Assembly: GCA_963665665.1 (NCBI GenBank)
Contig: OY762428.1
Span: forward strand, 4,032,001-4,096,000
DNA length: 64,000 nt
Direction: 5' to 3'
Source: Candidatus Kapaibacterium sp.
GTDB taxonomy: Bacteria; Bacteroidota; Ignavibacteria; Kapaibacteriales; UBA2268
The notes beneath the pieces are model-generated. The model was given only the letters and a program-made list of their open reading frames with translations. It was not told the origin of the DNA and did not search any database. A program made the position numbers and the translations under genes. Below, piece by piece: positions 51,170 through 60,826 of this stretch. The stretch's first letter is position 1. Each line of letters opens with the position of its first letter.

Positions 51170-51224
51170 TGAAATCCCGAAGGTAGAGATAAGAATAGTC
51201 TATAGATAGAACTGATAATCAAAT

Positions 51225-51700
51225 ATTCAATCTAAAATATTAAATATTATACTATTTGTATTAAATATATAGTATTTATAATTATTTATCTAATATATCC
51301 AAGCCTTGATATAGTTCATCTAACAAAACTTTTAATATGAATAACTAAATAAATTATATATATAATTAAATAATCAGTATATTTTATTAATTTAATTCTA
51401 TAAACTATTAAATATTAATTTCAACTTATTAATTAATCAGTATATCTAATTTGTTAGGTCAATTAAATATATACTTGGATACTCAATATATTTTATAAAA
51501 GAAGAAGAAGAATTTATAAGAAACAATGATTAATGTCTTGTATGAATTATTTATTTGATTAGTTATATTATTAATATTGTAAATCTATATGATTATTTAA
51601 TAATTTGATAAATATATTTATTACAAACGCTTAAATATTTACTAATTCTTATGATATATTTCATTATTCAAATATTATAAATAATTCAAACACTTAAATA
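51225..51700. other. Extremely AT-rich non-coding core
   Basis: 6 G/C in 51241-51300 and 4 G/C in 51361-51420; no ORF. Confidence 0.85.
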
Positions 51701-51718
51701 TTCCAGATTTCAACGCTA

Positions 51719-52325
51719 CACAAGCAATCATTACCACCAAACAAGGCAGCAATAACTACAAACAAGGCAACAATTCCTCTGACCCCTCCCAAACCCTCCC
51801 CTAAGGAGAGGGCTTTGAAGAAGAATAAGGCAACAATGACTTCAAACAAGGCAGCAATATCTTCAAACATTGGTGCAATATTCCTGACCCCTCCCAAACC
51901 CTCCCCGAAGGAGAGGGCTTTGAAGAAGAATAAGGCAATAATGACTTCGAACAACGGTATTTTGCCTCCGACCAAAGCAACAATAGGTTAAACCTTCGGT
52001 GCAATAGCGTCGACCAAGGCAGCAATTCCTCTGACCCCTCCCAAACCCTCCCCGAAGGAGAGGGCTTTGAAGAAGAATAAGGCAATAATGACTTCGAACA
52101 ACGGTGCAATAGCGTCAACCATTGGTTCATTGCTTTCGACACTTCCTACCTCCCCCTGCCCACCTCCTTCGAAAGGAGGGGGAGTTAATTCTATGTTATT
52201 TAACTTCTTATCCCCTCCTAAAGTAGGAGGGGAATACAGGGGTGGTTTTCTTGCTTTGATTTGGAACAAAGCAGCAATATCATCAAACAACGGTGTATTG
52301 CTTCGGGACATGGCAGGAATATTTT
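51719..52325. repeat. Second 21-bp-period array interrupted by three near-identical CCCCTCCCAAACCCTCCCCGAAGGAGAGGGCTTTGAAGAAG hairpin units and two further REP-like hairpins
   Basis: aacaaggcagcaat-type units at 21-bp spacing; hairpin units start near 51783, 51888 and 52035. Confidence 0.88.
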
Positions 52326-52355
52326 ATGATTATGAATAAATTACAACATACGAAT

Positions 52356-52383
52356 AAAAAGAGACGCAGTGTATTGCGTCTCT
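52356..52383 (-). terminator. Intrinsic terminator of the VOC gene
   Basis: agagacgca / tgcgtctct with an A-tract on the + strand. Confidence 0.7.
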
Positions 52384-52458
52384 ATAATGAAATCTCGTTG
52401 AAATAATATGGTGATTTCAGGTTATCTGAAGAAAAAAGCCGATATAATTAGCGTCTTA

Positions 52459-53232
52459 TTACTGAACCACGCCGAATGCCGCACCCTGAGGATCGCGAAC
52501 CACAACAAAGTAGCCGACGCCTTCGGCATGAGCTTTTGGCATGAGTATTTCTCCGCCACCGGCAGTTGCTTTTTCGATAAGCAAGTCAATATTATCTGTC
52601 TGGAAGTATGGCATCCAATGGGAAGGAATATCTTTGAGCATTTCGGGCATTATATACAGGCCGCCAACCATTTCTTCGCCAAGAAGGAAAGTGGTGTATT
52701 CCATATCGCCCATTTTTTCGGTTTTAGATGTCCATCCGAAAACTTTTTCCAGAGCAGGTATTGATTTTTCCGGTTCGTGGCTTCCGTGTTCGTTCCAGCA
52801 CATAGCGCCGGGTACGTTTTTCAGCATTGCTCCTGAGTAGTCTTTTGCCTGCCACAGCCCGACAACAGCACCTTCAGGATCCATCATCACAGCCATTCTT
52901 CCCTCGTTCCCAACGTTTGTAGGTTCCATATGGAAAATGCAACCGAATTCTTTAGCTTTGGCAGTAGTTTCATCGCAATTATCAACACTGACATACGGAA
53001 GCCAGTTCGGCGGGATATTCATTTTTTTCATTTCTTCGCAAATCGCATACAAAGCTCCAACGGGCTTGTCATCAAGATAAAGCATGGTGTAAACCATACC
53101 ATTTTGTTCGGGCATGTCTTTTGCCGTCCAGCCGAAAAGGTCTGCGTAAAATTTCTTTGCTCCGTCAGTATCGCTTGTTGCCAAATCCACCCAGCAGAAA
53201 ACGCCGTTTTTGTAATCTTTAATTTCTTCCAT
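52459..53232 (-). CDS. Two-domain VOC (glyoxalase/bleomycin resistance) protein
   Basis: GVFCWVDL..FYADLFGW, WLPYV, DPEGA and DPQGA repeats. Confidence 0.92.
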   Translation of the reverse strand: MEEIKDYKNGVFCWVDLATSDTDGAKKFYADLFGWTAKDMPEQNGMVYTMLYLDDKPVGALYAICEEMKKMNIPPNWLPYVSVDNCDETTAKAKEFGCIFHMEPTNVGNEGRMAVMMDPEGAVVGLWQAKDYSGAMLKNVPGAMCWNEHGSHEPEKSIPALEKVFGWTSKTEKMGDMEYTTFLLGEEMVGGLYIMPEMLKDIPSHWMPYFQTDNIDLLIEKATAGGGEILMPKAHAEGVGYFVVVRDPQGAAFGVVQ

Positions 53233-53361
53233 TATTTCTCCCAAAGTTAAAAAATTAAATATTTTGTTTATAACGATAATCATAAAAAAATAGTTCTGTT
53301 ATTTTTCAATGAGTATCTGGTTCAAATATAATAATGGAACTATGACAACAGAATGTCACAA

Positions 53362-55284
53362 TTATTTCGGGGATGAAAATTTTTCTGCAGGAAGTGTAAA
53401 AATGAAGTTTGAACCTTCACCGGGCTTACTTGTAACCCTGATATTGCCTCCGTTTTTCTCAACAAATTCTTTTGCCAGAATCAGCCCCAGTCCGGTACCT
53501 TTTTCGTTATTTGTTCCGGGAGTAGAAATGTTTTCATCAATCCTGAACAGTTTGTCAATAATATCTTTTTTCATACCAACACCTGTATCAAGAACGGAAA
53601 TTGTTACCATCTTTCCTGTTTCAGCAAAAGATTCCGAAGCATTTAGAATAATACTGCCGTTCACCGGGGTAAATTTTACAGCGTTGCTCAGCAGGTTTCT
53701 GAGAACGGTAATAATCATGTTCGAATCAAAGTAAGCACTGATACTATTATCAATTTTATTTTCAATAATAATATCCTTTTCAGCAATAACCACCGAAAGA
53801 CTGGAAACAACATTGTCAGCTATGAAACGAATATTTGTGATTTCCGGGTTGAATGGTATAACACCTCTTTGTGAGCGCGACCAGTTCAGAAGGTTTTCCA
53901 GAAGGGAATATACATTTTTCGCGGAAGTTTTCATCAGGTCTATCAATTCCATTCGCTCGTCTTTATTCATGTCATCGTAGCTTTTTTCAATATATTCGGC
54001 AAGGCTTACAAAACTGCCAATCGGGTTTTTCAGGTCATGGGCAATAATTGAGAAAAATTTATCTTTTGTTGCATTTGCTTCCAAAAGTTCCTGTTCTTTG
54101 TTGTGATAATCAGTATTGTCGTGAGCAATAAAAATAATTCTGTTTTCGGAAATATATCCAACTTTTGCACGGAACCAGAAATTTTTATTTCCAACGGCAA
54201 GTGGGTAATCTATTACAACCTGATTTTTAGTTTCATAGCATTTTCTGATAGCATTGTGGAAGAGCTCGGCTTTGTCCTTCGGGAAAATTTCATAAACACT
54301 TTTGCCAAGCATCTCATTTCTGGGTTTGAATAACAGGTTTTCATTTGCCGGAGCAATATTTGTGTAAACAGCATCGGGATTGAATTCAATAACCAGGTCG
54401 TTCATGGAAAAGAATAATCCTTTAAGCTCATTTTCATTTTCGCGTATTTTCAATATAGCCCTGATGAGCTGCCAGATCAGAATGCTGATTATCAAAGATG
54501 CAGCAAGAAGGGAATATTTCATGATAGAGAAATTTGTTATTCCCTGATCCCAGCCGTTTACAGGCACAGCTGATAGTACCCAGCTTCCGGTTGGCAACTG
54601 GATTTTAACTGAAATGGGTTCAAGTGAATTGATTCTGGTATCTCCCCAGAAAATACTGCCATAATCACCTTTTCCGTCTTCACCTTTGATTGAAAAATAC
54701 AGGCCATCTTTTTCAGGGAATAATCCTGCCTCACGGAAAAGCTGATCTCTTTTGATAACAATATCTGTCATTCCCCAAAAAGGCTTTCTAACTGAATCCG
54801 TGGCAATAAATATCGGTGTATATGAAATAAAGGCTATACCACCTTCAACAAGTTCAACGGGTCCGGCAACGAATGTCAGGCCGGTTGTAATAGTGTTTTC
54901 AACAATTTCACGCCTTTGGGGATGATCAAGTAAATCGAGCCCGATAGCTTCTTCGTGCCCTTTATATGGGAATATCATGCTGATCCTGCAATCTTTAGCA
55001 ATGGATATGGTAGATATTACTGAATCCCCGGATATCATATTTCCGGCCATCATTGTGAACTCTTCATCGCTGATCTCAGGTTTCATTGAAACATAAGAGG
55101 CTACGCCTTTGGTATAATAAATCCTTGAATAAAGGGCCTTTTCAAGAGCAGACTTTTTTGAAACCAATATATCGGTAACATGCGACTTGAAACTTTTCTC
55201 TGATTTCGACACTGAATATTGATGATATTTATAGATTAATACTGAAGCTGTAACAAAAAATAGTATAGCAACAAATAGTGGCAA
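53362..55284 (-). CDS. CHASE-PAS sensor histidine kinase
   Basis: AIGLDL..AGPVELVEGG (CHASE), IIAHDLKNP H-box, NLLSNAVKF, DTGVG, GTGLGL. Confidence 0.93.
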   Translation of the reverse strand: MPLFVAILFFVTASVLIYKYHQYSVSKSEKSFKSHVTDILVSKKSALEKALYSRIYYTKGVASYVSMKPEISDEEFTMMAGNMISGDSVISTISIAKDCRISMIFPYKGHEEAIGLDLLDHPQRREIVENTITTGLTFVAGPVELVEGGIAFISYTPIFIATDSVRKPFWGMTDIVIKRDQLFREAGLFPEKDGLYFSIKGEDGKGDYGSIFWGDTRINSLEPISVKIQLPTGSWVLSAVPVNGWDQGITNFSIMKYSLLAASLIISILIWQLIRAILKIRENENELKGLFFSMNDLVIEFNPDAVYTNIAPANENLLFKPRNEMLGKSVYEIFPKDKAELFHNAIRKCYETKNQVVIDYPLAVGNKNFWFRAKVGYISENRIIFIAHDNTDYHNKEQELLEANATKDKFFSIIAHDLKNPIGSFVSLAEYIEKSYDDMNKDERMELIDLMKTSAKNVYSLLENLLNWSRSQRGVIPFNPEITNIRFIADNVVSSLSVVIAEKDIIIENKIDNSISAYFDSNMIITVLRNLLSNAVKFTPVNGSIILNASESFAETGKMVTISVLDTGVGMKKDIIDKLFRIDENISTPGTNNEKGTGLGLILAKEFVEKNGGNIRVTSKPGEGSNFIFTLPAEKFSSPK

Positions 55285-55354
55285 TTTTCGAATATGTTTA
55301 GATATATTGATGAAATTACTCCGTTTACACTATTAACAGAATCACAAATATTTA

Positions 55355-55478
55355 TCCCAAAGATGACTTCGGGGACAGATTCCGCAGCAAACCTTTGTGT
55401 ATTTAACCTCCCACATTGGCGGGATCGCCGGGGCTGCCAAACGCCATATATCTGCTATGGATTTGAGCCTCGCGGATA
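55355..55478. ncRNA. Candidate structured non-coding RNA (unassigned)
   Basis: GC-rich patch in an AT-rich spacer with long-range complementarity (cagattccgcagca / tgctatggatttg) and an inner tcccac/gcggga hairpin. Confidence 0.35.
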
Positions 55479-55499
55479 AATATATAAATAATTATTAAC

Positions 55500-55694
55500 T
55501 TATTCAACATTTCCTTTTATTTCAATTATCTTTTGTTCCGCCTTTTCAAGGAATTCTTTAAGTTCTATGGATAGTTTCATGCCCTCTTCATATTTCCTGA
55601 TCATTTCTTCGATAGGAATATCAGCTGATTCCAACTGAGAGACAATCTCTTCCAATGCGTTTATTTTATTTTCAAATGATATTTTCTTTGCCAT
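55500..55694 (-). CDS. xseB: Exodeoxyribonuclease VII small subunit
   Basis: SFE..LEEIVSQLE..YEEGMKL..AEQKI. Confidence 0.93.
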   Translation of the reverse strand: MAKKISFENKINALEEIVSQLESADIPIEEMIRKYEEGMKLSIELKEFLEKAEQKIIEIKGNVE

Positions 55695-55702
55695 GATATT
55701 AC

Positions 55703-56896
55703 CTAAACTTTATTTTTGGATATTTTTTTTACTTCAACATGGGCAGTTTCGTTCTGCCTGTATATATCAACATTTTTATAATCTGCGAGGCTTTGATTTT
55801 TTCCAATGATAATATTTGATGATTTCAAAATCGCAAAACCATTTTCCAGTGGCCGTAACGGATACAGATTCCTGCATAAAGAATCCAGGTTTTCAAGTTT
55901 ATTCCTCTTTTTTTCAAGTGTCAGGCTGATATTTCTATTCAGCATTGAATGCAGATCATCAATTCTTTGCGACGGGATATTGATCTTATCTTCAAGCCGC
56001 CTGGATATAGCCGGGCTGTTTATTTCGTCAAGTTTTTCTTTCACATCTTCAATTCGCAAAGAAGCTGAATTCTTCATTTTTTCCTGTATGGTTTCCAGGC
56101 CTTTAAGCAAATCACTGGTGGTGAACGGCGAAGCCAGTTCCGCTGCTGCCGTTGGGGTTGCCGCCCTTATATCGGCTACAAAATCCGAAATGGTAAAATC
56201 TGTTTCGTGCCCCACAGCCGATATGACAGGTTTTTCCGAATTAAATATTGCATTTGCAACTTCCTCTGTATTGAATGCCCACAGGTCCTCGAGCGAGCCA
56301 CCGCCACGGCCAATAATTATTAGATCAATATTCTGGCGGTTCAATTCATTGATTGCACGAACAATATCGGGGGCTGCTTCATCTCCCTGCACTATTACCG
56401 GCCGGAAATAGATATTTGCAGCGGGAAACCTTCTTTCCAGGGTGCTGAAAATATCTCTTACGGCAGCGCCGGTTGGTGAAGTTGCAACACCAATATTCAA
56501 CGGGAAACGGGGGAGAGGGCGCTTTCTTTCCCTGTCGAAGAAACCATCGTTTTCAAGTTTTTCTTTAAGTGCTTCGAAAGCCATGAACAGGTCTCCCTGA
56601 CCTTGCGGCAGCATACTGATACAATCTATCTGATAATTGCCGCGAGGCGGATAAACTGTAATCCTGCCACGGATAATGACTTTCATGCCGTCAGTAGGGC
56701 GGAAATTTAATGTTCTGCTTCTCCACATGGTACAGGAAATCTGTGCACCGGAATCTTTCAGGGTAAAGTATCTGTGTCCTGAACTGTGATGTTTGAAATT
56801 TGATATTTCACCGCTGACCGATATTGAAGAAAAACCTTCTTCAAGAGTATATTTAATTCTGTCCGTCAGTTGGCTAACCGATAATGTGCTATTCAT
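55703..56896 (-). CDS. xseA: Exodeoxyribonuclease VII large subunit
   Basis: GEISN..SGHRYFTLKD, RGGGSLEDLWAFN, AVGHETD, TPTAAAE. Confidence 0.96.
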   Translation of the reverse strand: MNSTLSVSQLTDRIKYTLEEGFSSISVSGEISNFKHHSSGHRYFTLKDSGAQISCTMWRSRTLNFRPTDGMKVIIRGRITVYPPRGNYQIDCISMLPQGQGDLFMAFEALKEKLENDGFFDRERKRPLPRFPLNIGVATSPTGAAVRDIFSTLERRFPAANIYFRPVIVQGDEAAPDIVRAINELNRQNIDLIIIGRGGGSLEDLWAFNTEEVANAIFNSEKPVISAVGHETDFTISDFVADIRAATPTAAAELASPFTTSDLLKGLETIQEKMKNSASLRIEDVKEKLDEINSPAISRRLEDKINIPSQRIDDLHSMLNRNISLTLEKKRNKLENLDSLCRNLYPLRPLENGFAILKSSNIIIGKNQSLADYKNVDIYRQNETAHVEVKKISKNKV

Positions 56897-56906
56897 ATAT
56901 TATCCT

Positions 56907-57560
56907 TCATATCTTCCAGCTTTTGTTACAATAAATTGCGTCGATAAATTTGTATTCAAGAAAAGTGGATTGATAATAAATTTCATCCATGCTATATTTC
57001 ATTGATTCATCAGCTTTCGAATATAAACTTTCCAGATATTTAGCAAATTTTCTTGTAACAGCGATATACTCATCCGAAACATAAGTGTTCAGCCAATCAT
57101 CGTATAAGTTATCAGATTCCCTTATCTGATCCATAGAAAGCCCCTGTTCCAGGTAATTAACAAAGCAGGGCAGAAGGGCTGCCGTTGCAACAGGGTATGG
57201 CTTGTATGCTGTGGCATTCATAATGTGGTCTTCGTATGCCTTGCACCATGGCAGCGGGGTTTCGGCGGGTTGAACGCTGAATTGATCGAAAAGCCGGGTC
57301 TGTAATTCCTGTTCCATTTCAATTCCGTCGTTTGCAAGGGTAAACCAAAATTGCATTTCATCATTTCCTGGAGCCCGCGAAGCCAGCATTAACAGTGCTC
57401 GGGAATAAGCCTGAAGATAAAGATTATCCTGGGCCAGATAACGCCTGAAAATTTCAATATCAAGCGAACCCTTTGCAAGTTCAACATTGAATGGATGATT
57501 TATTGTCTTTTCAAGAACCTGCTCTGATTTTTTTTTAAAATGTTCGCTGAAATTATTCAT
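56907..57560 (-). CDS. tenA: Thiaminase II / aminopyrimidine aminohydrolase
   Basis: HPFNVELAKGSL, YLAQDNLYL, LLPC with the catalytic Cys. Confidence 0.88.
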   Translation of the reverse strand: MNNFSEHFKKKSEQVLEKTINHPFNVELAKGSLDIEIFRRYLAQDNLYLQAYSRALLMLASRAPGNDEMQFWFTLANDGIEMEQELQTRLFDQFSVQPAETPLPWCKAYEDHIMNATAYKPYPVATAALLPCFVNYLEQGLSMDQIRESDNLYDDWLNTYVSDEYIAVTRKFAKYLESLYSKADESMKYSMDEIYYQSTFLEYKFIDAIYCNKSWKI

Positions 57561-58377
57561 CGTTTTTATTCCTGTATGCATAAAAATGATCAACCGGGCC
57601 GTGACCTTTGCCAATATTTTGTTTGCTGCCTGATTCAATAGCAGCAATAATATATTTTTTTCCCTCTCGGACAGCATCTTCAACAGAATATCCTTTTGCT
57701 ATCCATGCTGCTATGGCAGAGGAAAGGGTACATCCGGTACCATGAGTATTTTTTGAATCTACCCTGATGCCGGGATAAGTTGTTTTCCTGAACCTACCAG
57801 CTTCCATGAAGAAAAGAAAATCATCACTTTCTTTGCCTGATGAATGTCCGCCCTTAATAAGAACAGAATCGCAACCTGATCCCATCAGGTCCTGCCCGGC
57901 TTTTTCAATTGTCTCGATGTTGGTAATTGAATATCCCGCGAGTACTTCCGCTTCGGGAATATTAGGTGTAATTATTCTTGCTAAAGGTATGAGTTCTGTC
58001 TTCATTGCGTCAACGGCTTCCTCGCGAAGCAATTTATCACCGCTTTTGGCAACCATTACCGGATCGAGAACAATGTTTTCCACTTTATATTCTTTTAGTT
58101 TGCCGGCGACTTCTGCAATAATTTCGGGCCTGTGCAGCATTCCGATTTTGACTGCATCAGCGCCGATATCTGAAAGAACAGCGTCTATCTGGTCAGCAAT
58201 AAAATCCGGGCTCACCTCGAAAATTGATTTTACCTCAACGGTGTTCTGTGCCGTCAGAGCTGTAATAACAGACATAGCATAGCATCCGTTAGCGGATATG
58301 GATTTTATATCAGCCTGGATACCTGCACCGCCTCCACTGTCCGATCCGGCAATGGTTAGTACTTTTTTATACTGCAT
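57553..58377 (-). CDS. thiD: HMP/HMP-P kinase
   Basis: TIAGSDSGGGAGIQAD, DPVMVAKSG, THGTGCTLS. Confidence 0.97.
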   Translation of the reverse strand: MQYKKVLTIAGSDSGGGAGIQADIKSISANGCYAMSVITALTAQNTVEVKSIFEVSPDFIADQIDAVLSDIGADAVKIGMLHRPEIIAEVAGKLKEYKVENIVLDPVMVAKSGDKLLREEAVDAMKTELIPLARIITPNIPEAEVLAGYSITNIETIEKAGQDLMGSGCDSVLIKGGHSSGKESDDFLFFMEAGRFRKTTYPGIRVDSKNTHGTGCTLSSAIAAWIAKGYSVEDAVREGKKYIIAAIESGSKQNIGKGHGPVDHFYAYRNKNDE

Positions 58378-58397
58378 TTTTATAATTCAATATTTGT

Positions 58398-59405
58398 TCA
58401 ACTTTTGTTAAAATGATCAAAACCCCTGTAATTCATATTTTCTGTTCCGTCATCAGAAATATATCTTACTTTACCGGAATCATTTATTTTTCCTATAACG
58501 TAGAGTTCCTTGTCAAATTTCTTTTTATATTCGGTTTTTACTATGTCAATTTCATTTGCCGAAATCGTCATCAGAAGGCAATAATCCTCTCCGCCGTTCA
58601 GGGCTTTTTGAAGCGGGTTGATATTATTTATCTCGCAGTGGATTTTTAATTGTTCGGTCATGGGAATTTTTTCAAGATAAATTTCAGCTCCGGCTTTCGA
58701 GCGGCTTGTAATATGTTCTAAATCCGATGCAATACCGTCGGATATATCCATCATCGAATTAACGCTTTTAAAATCCGAAAGAAAGCGCCCCTCGCGGATA
58801 AAAGGTTCGGGCATAAGATGCCTGTTAACCAGATACTGATGAATTGATGACAATTGCTGATCATTATCCATAATAATATCCAGTCCTGCGGCCGAATCGC
58901 CAAGATAATCGCTAACACAAATATAATCTCCGGGTTTTGCTCCGGAGCGATATTTTATGTTGCTGTTTTGCGATTTACCAATTACTGTAACATTTATACA
59001 AATCTTTCCGGTAGATCCTGTTGTATCTCCCCCGAGTAAAGGGCAGGTATATTTCTCTGACAATTCCCGGTAGCCTTTGTAAAAATCATCAATCCAGCTG
59101 ACTTCCACATCTTTGGGCAAGGATAATGATATGAAGCTGCCAATTGGCCTGCCGCCCATTGCTGCAATATCACTTAGGTTAACTGCGAGCGACTTATAAC
59201 CCAATTGAACCGGGCTTATGGATTCCAGTAAAAAATGTACATCTTCAACGAGCATATCGGTAGTTACAAGTATTGATTCATCGTTGTTTATTCGAATTAC
59301 AGAACAATCATCGCCAATGCCTAAAGTATTATCCTTGACTAAAGGATCAAAATTTCCTGCAATCCTTGATATAAATCCGAATTCTCCCAAATCAGAAAGC
59401 TTCAT
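58398..59405 (-). CDS. thiL: Thiamine-phosphate kinase
   Basis: GIGDDC, VNLSDIAAMG, GGDT, DISDG, GGEDY. Confidence 0.96.
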   Translation of the reverse strand: MKLSDLGEFGFISRIAGNFDPLVKDNTLGIGDDCSVIRINNDESILVTTDMLVEDVHFLLESISPVQLGYKSLAVNLSDIAAMGGRPIGSFISLSLPKDVEVSWIDDFYKGYRELSEKYTCPLLGGDTTGSTGKICINVTVIGKSQNSNIKYRSGAKPGDYICVSDYLGDSAAGLDIIMDNDQQLSSIHQYLVNRHLMPEPFIREGRFLSDFKSVNSMMDISDGIASDLEHITSRSKAGAEIYLEKIPMTEQLKIHCEINNINPLQKALNGGEDYCLLMTISANEIDIVKTEYKKKFDKELYVIGKINDSGKVRYISDDGTENMNYRGFDHFNKS

Positions 59406-60045
59406 TTTCACCTCGGGTTGCCCGAACAATATTCATAAGTTCCCTTGCTGAAGATTCCTGATCCGGAGAAGACACGATTGCTGAAACAACAGCTATTCCG
59501 TCGGCTCCGGCTTTGATAATATCCGAAGCGTTTGTTTTGTTTATACCGCCAATTGCTACGGCAGGATGGCGTGATTTTTTGCAGGCTTTACTTACTCCGT
59601 CAAGCCCAAATGGAGGCTGTGTGTCAGTTTTAGTCGGAGTTGAAAACACCGGGCTGATTCCGATATAATCAACATCAAGATTATTAGCTGATTCAACCTG
59701 TTCAATATTTTCCACGGATAAACCAATAATAGCATCGCTTCCGAGATACTTCCTGGCAATTTCATAGGGCATATCACTTTGGCCGATATGAATACCATCA
59801 GCGCCTGAAGCAAGGGCAATATCCAGCCTGTCGTTGATAATAAGCGGAATATTTTTGTCTTGCAATATTTTTTTAAGATTGATTGCCAATTCCAGGAATT
59901 CCCTTGTGGAACAATGCTTTTCCCTGAGCTGTACGATAGTAACACCGCCGGACACAGCGGCCCGGACGGTGTCCTCGATAGTTCTTCCCAAGGATAGTTC
60001 CCTGTCCGTTACAAGGTAAAGACTCAGGTCGATATCCTTTTTCAT
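59392..60045 (-). CDS. thiE: Thiamine-phosphate synthase
   Basis: LYLVTD, QLREK, INDR, HIGQSD, TPTK, AIGGI. Confidence 0.96.
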   Translation of the reverse strand: MKKDIDLSLYLVTDRELSLGRTIEDTVRAAVSGGVTIVQLREKHCSTREFLELAINLKKILQDKNIPLIINDRLDIALASGADGIHIGQSDMPYEIARKYLGSDAIIGLSVENIEQVESANNLDVDYIGISPVFSTPTKTDTQPPFGLDGVSKACKKSRHPAVAIGGINKTNASDIIKAGADGIAVVSAIVSSPDQESSARELMNIVRATRGENEAF

Positions 60046-60824
60046 CTCCGGAACTCCGCTATATCCTTCTCTTTAATATTATAAAGGGCATCAAGGAAGT
60101 GGAGTTGCAATGTTCCGGGGCCTTCAGCTTTGACTGCCGCGATTTCGCCGCAAATACCCATAGTAAGCATTGCATGATATGAGGCATCAAGCGGGTTGCT
60201 GTTTATTCCGGCAAAAGCTCCGCATATAGCGGTAGCCGTGCAGCCCATTCCGGTAACTTTTGCCATCATAGCGTTCCCAAATGACACTTCTTTGGTTTCA
60301 TTTTCATTGATAATATAATCCTTTTCGCCGCTTATCACCATTGTAACATTTTTTTCAATAGCAAATTGTTTGGCTGAATCCACGGCCGAGTCTGAACTTT
60401 GCGTGCTGTCAACACCTTTTGTTTTGCCAAAAGAAGATGTAACTGCAAGAATTTCCGATGCATTACCTCTGATAATCGAAGGCCTGCATTCATCAATAAT
60501 TTTCATTGTTGTTTCTGTTCTCAGTTTCGTGGCTCCGGCACCTACGGGATCAAGTATTATCGGGATATTCCTTTCGCTGGCAACCTTGCCTGCTATAAGC
60601 ATTGCTTCAATCCATTTTTCGCTTAAAGTGCCGATATTGATTACTAATGAAGATGCGAAACCGGCCATTTCGGCAACTTCTTCAACGGCATGAGCCATTA
60701 CCGGCGAAGCCCCGATCGACAGAAGTGCGTTGGCTGTGTTGTTCATCACAACATAATTTGTGATGTTGTGAACAAGAGGGGAATTTTCCCTGATAGCCTT
60801 TATATCTCTATATAAATTATCCAT
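60042..60824 (-). CDS. thiM: Hydroxyethylthiazole kinase
   Basis: PLVHNITNYV, INIGTL, DPVGAGAT, RGNASEI, VTGMGC. Confidence 0.96.
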   Translation of the reverse strand: MDNLYRDIKAIRENSPLVHNITNYVVMNNTANALLSIGASPVMAHAVEEVAEMAGFASSLVINIGTLSEKWIEAMLIAGKVASERNIPIILDPVGAGATKLRTETTMKIIDECRPSIIRGNASEILAVTSSFGKTKGVDSTQSSDSAVDSAKQFAIEKNVTMVISGEKDYIINENETKEVSFGNAMMAKVTGMGCTATAICGAFAGINSNPLDASYHAMLTMGICGEIAAVKAEGPGTLQLHFLDALYNIKEKDIAEFRR

Positions 60825-60826
60825 GA

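Noticed and set aside
50697-51209. Plus-strand LFRLIAC-type ORFs
   Set aside because: Read-through of the 21-bp repeat; Cys/Phe/Leu-monotonous with no RBS
51776-52085. CRISPR array
   Set aside because: Only three units, spacers are mutually similar 21-mers of unequal total length, and there are no cas genes
51694-52339. Four overlapping ORFs in the right array
   Set aside because: Translations of REP and 21-mer repeats
55370-55445. HDV-like ribozyme or c-di-GMP-I riboswitch
   Set aside because: Partial resemblance only; P1.1/J4-2 and the GGCAAA..GAAA..GCAAA elements are missing
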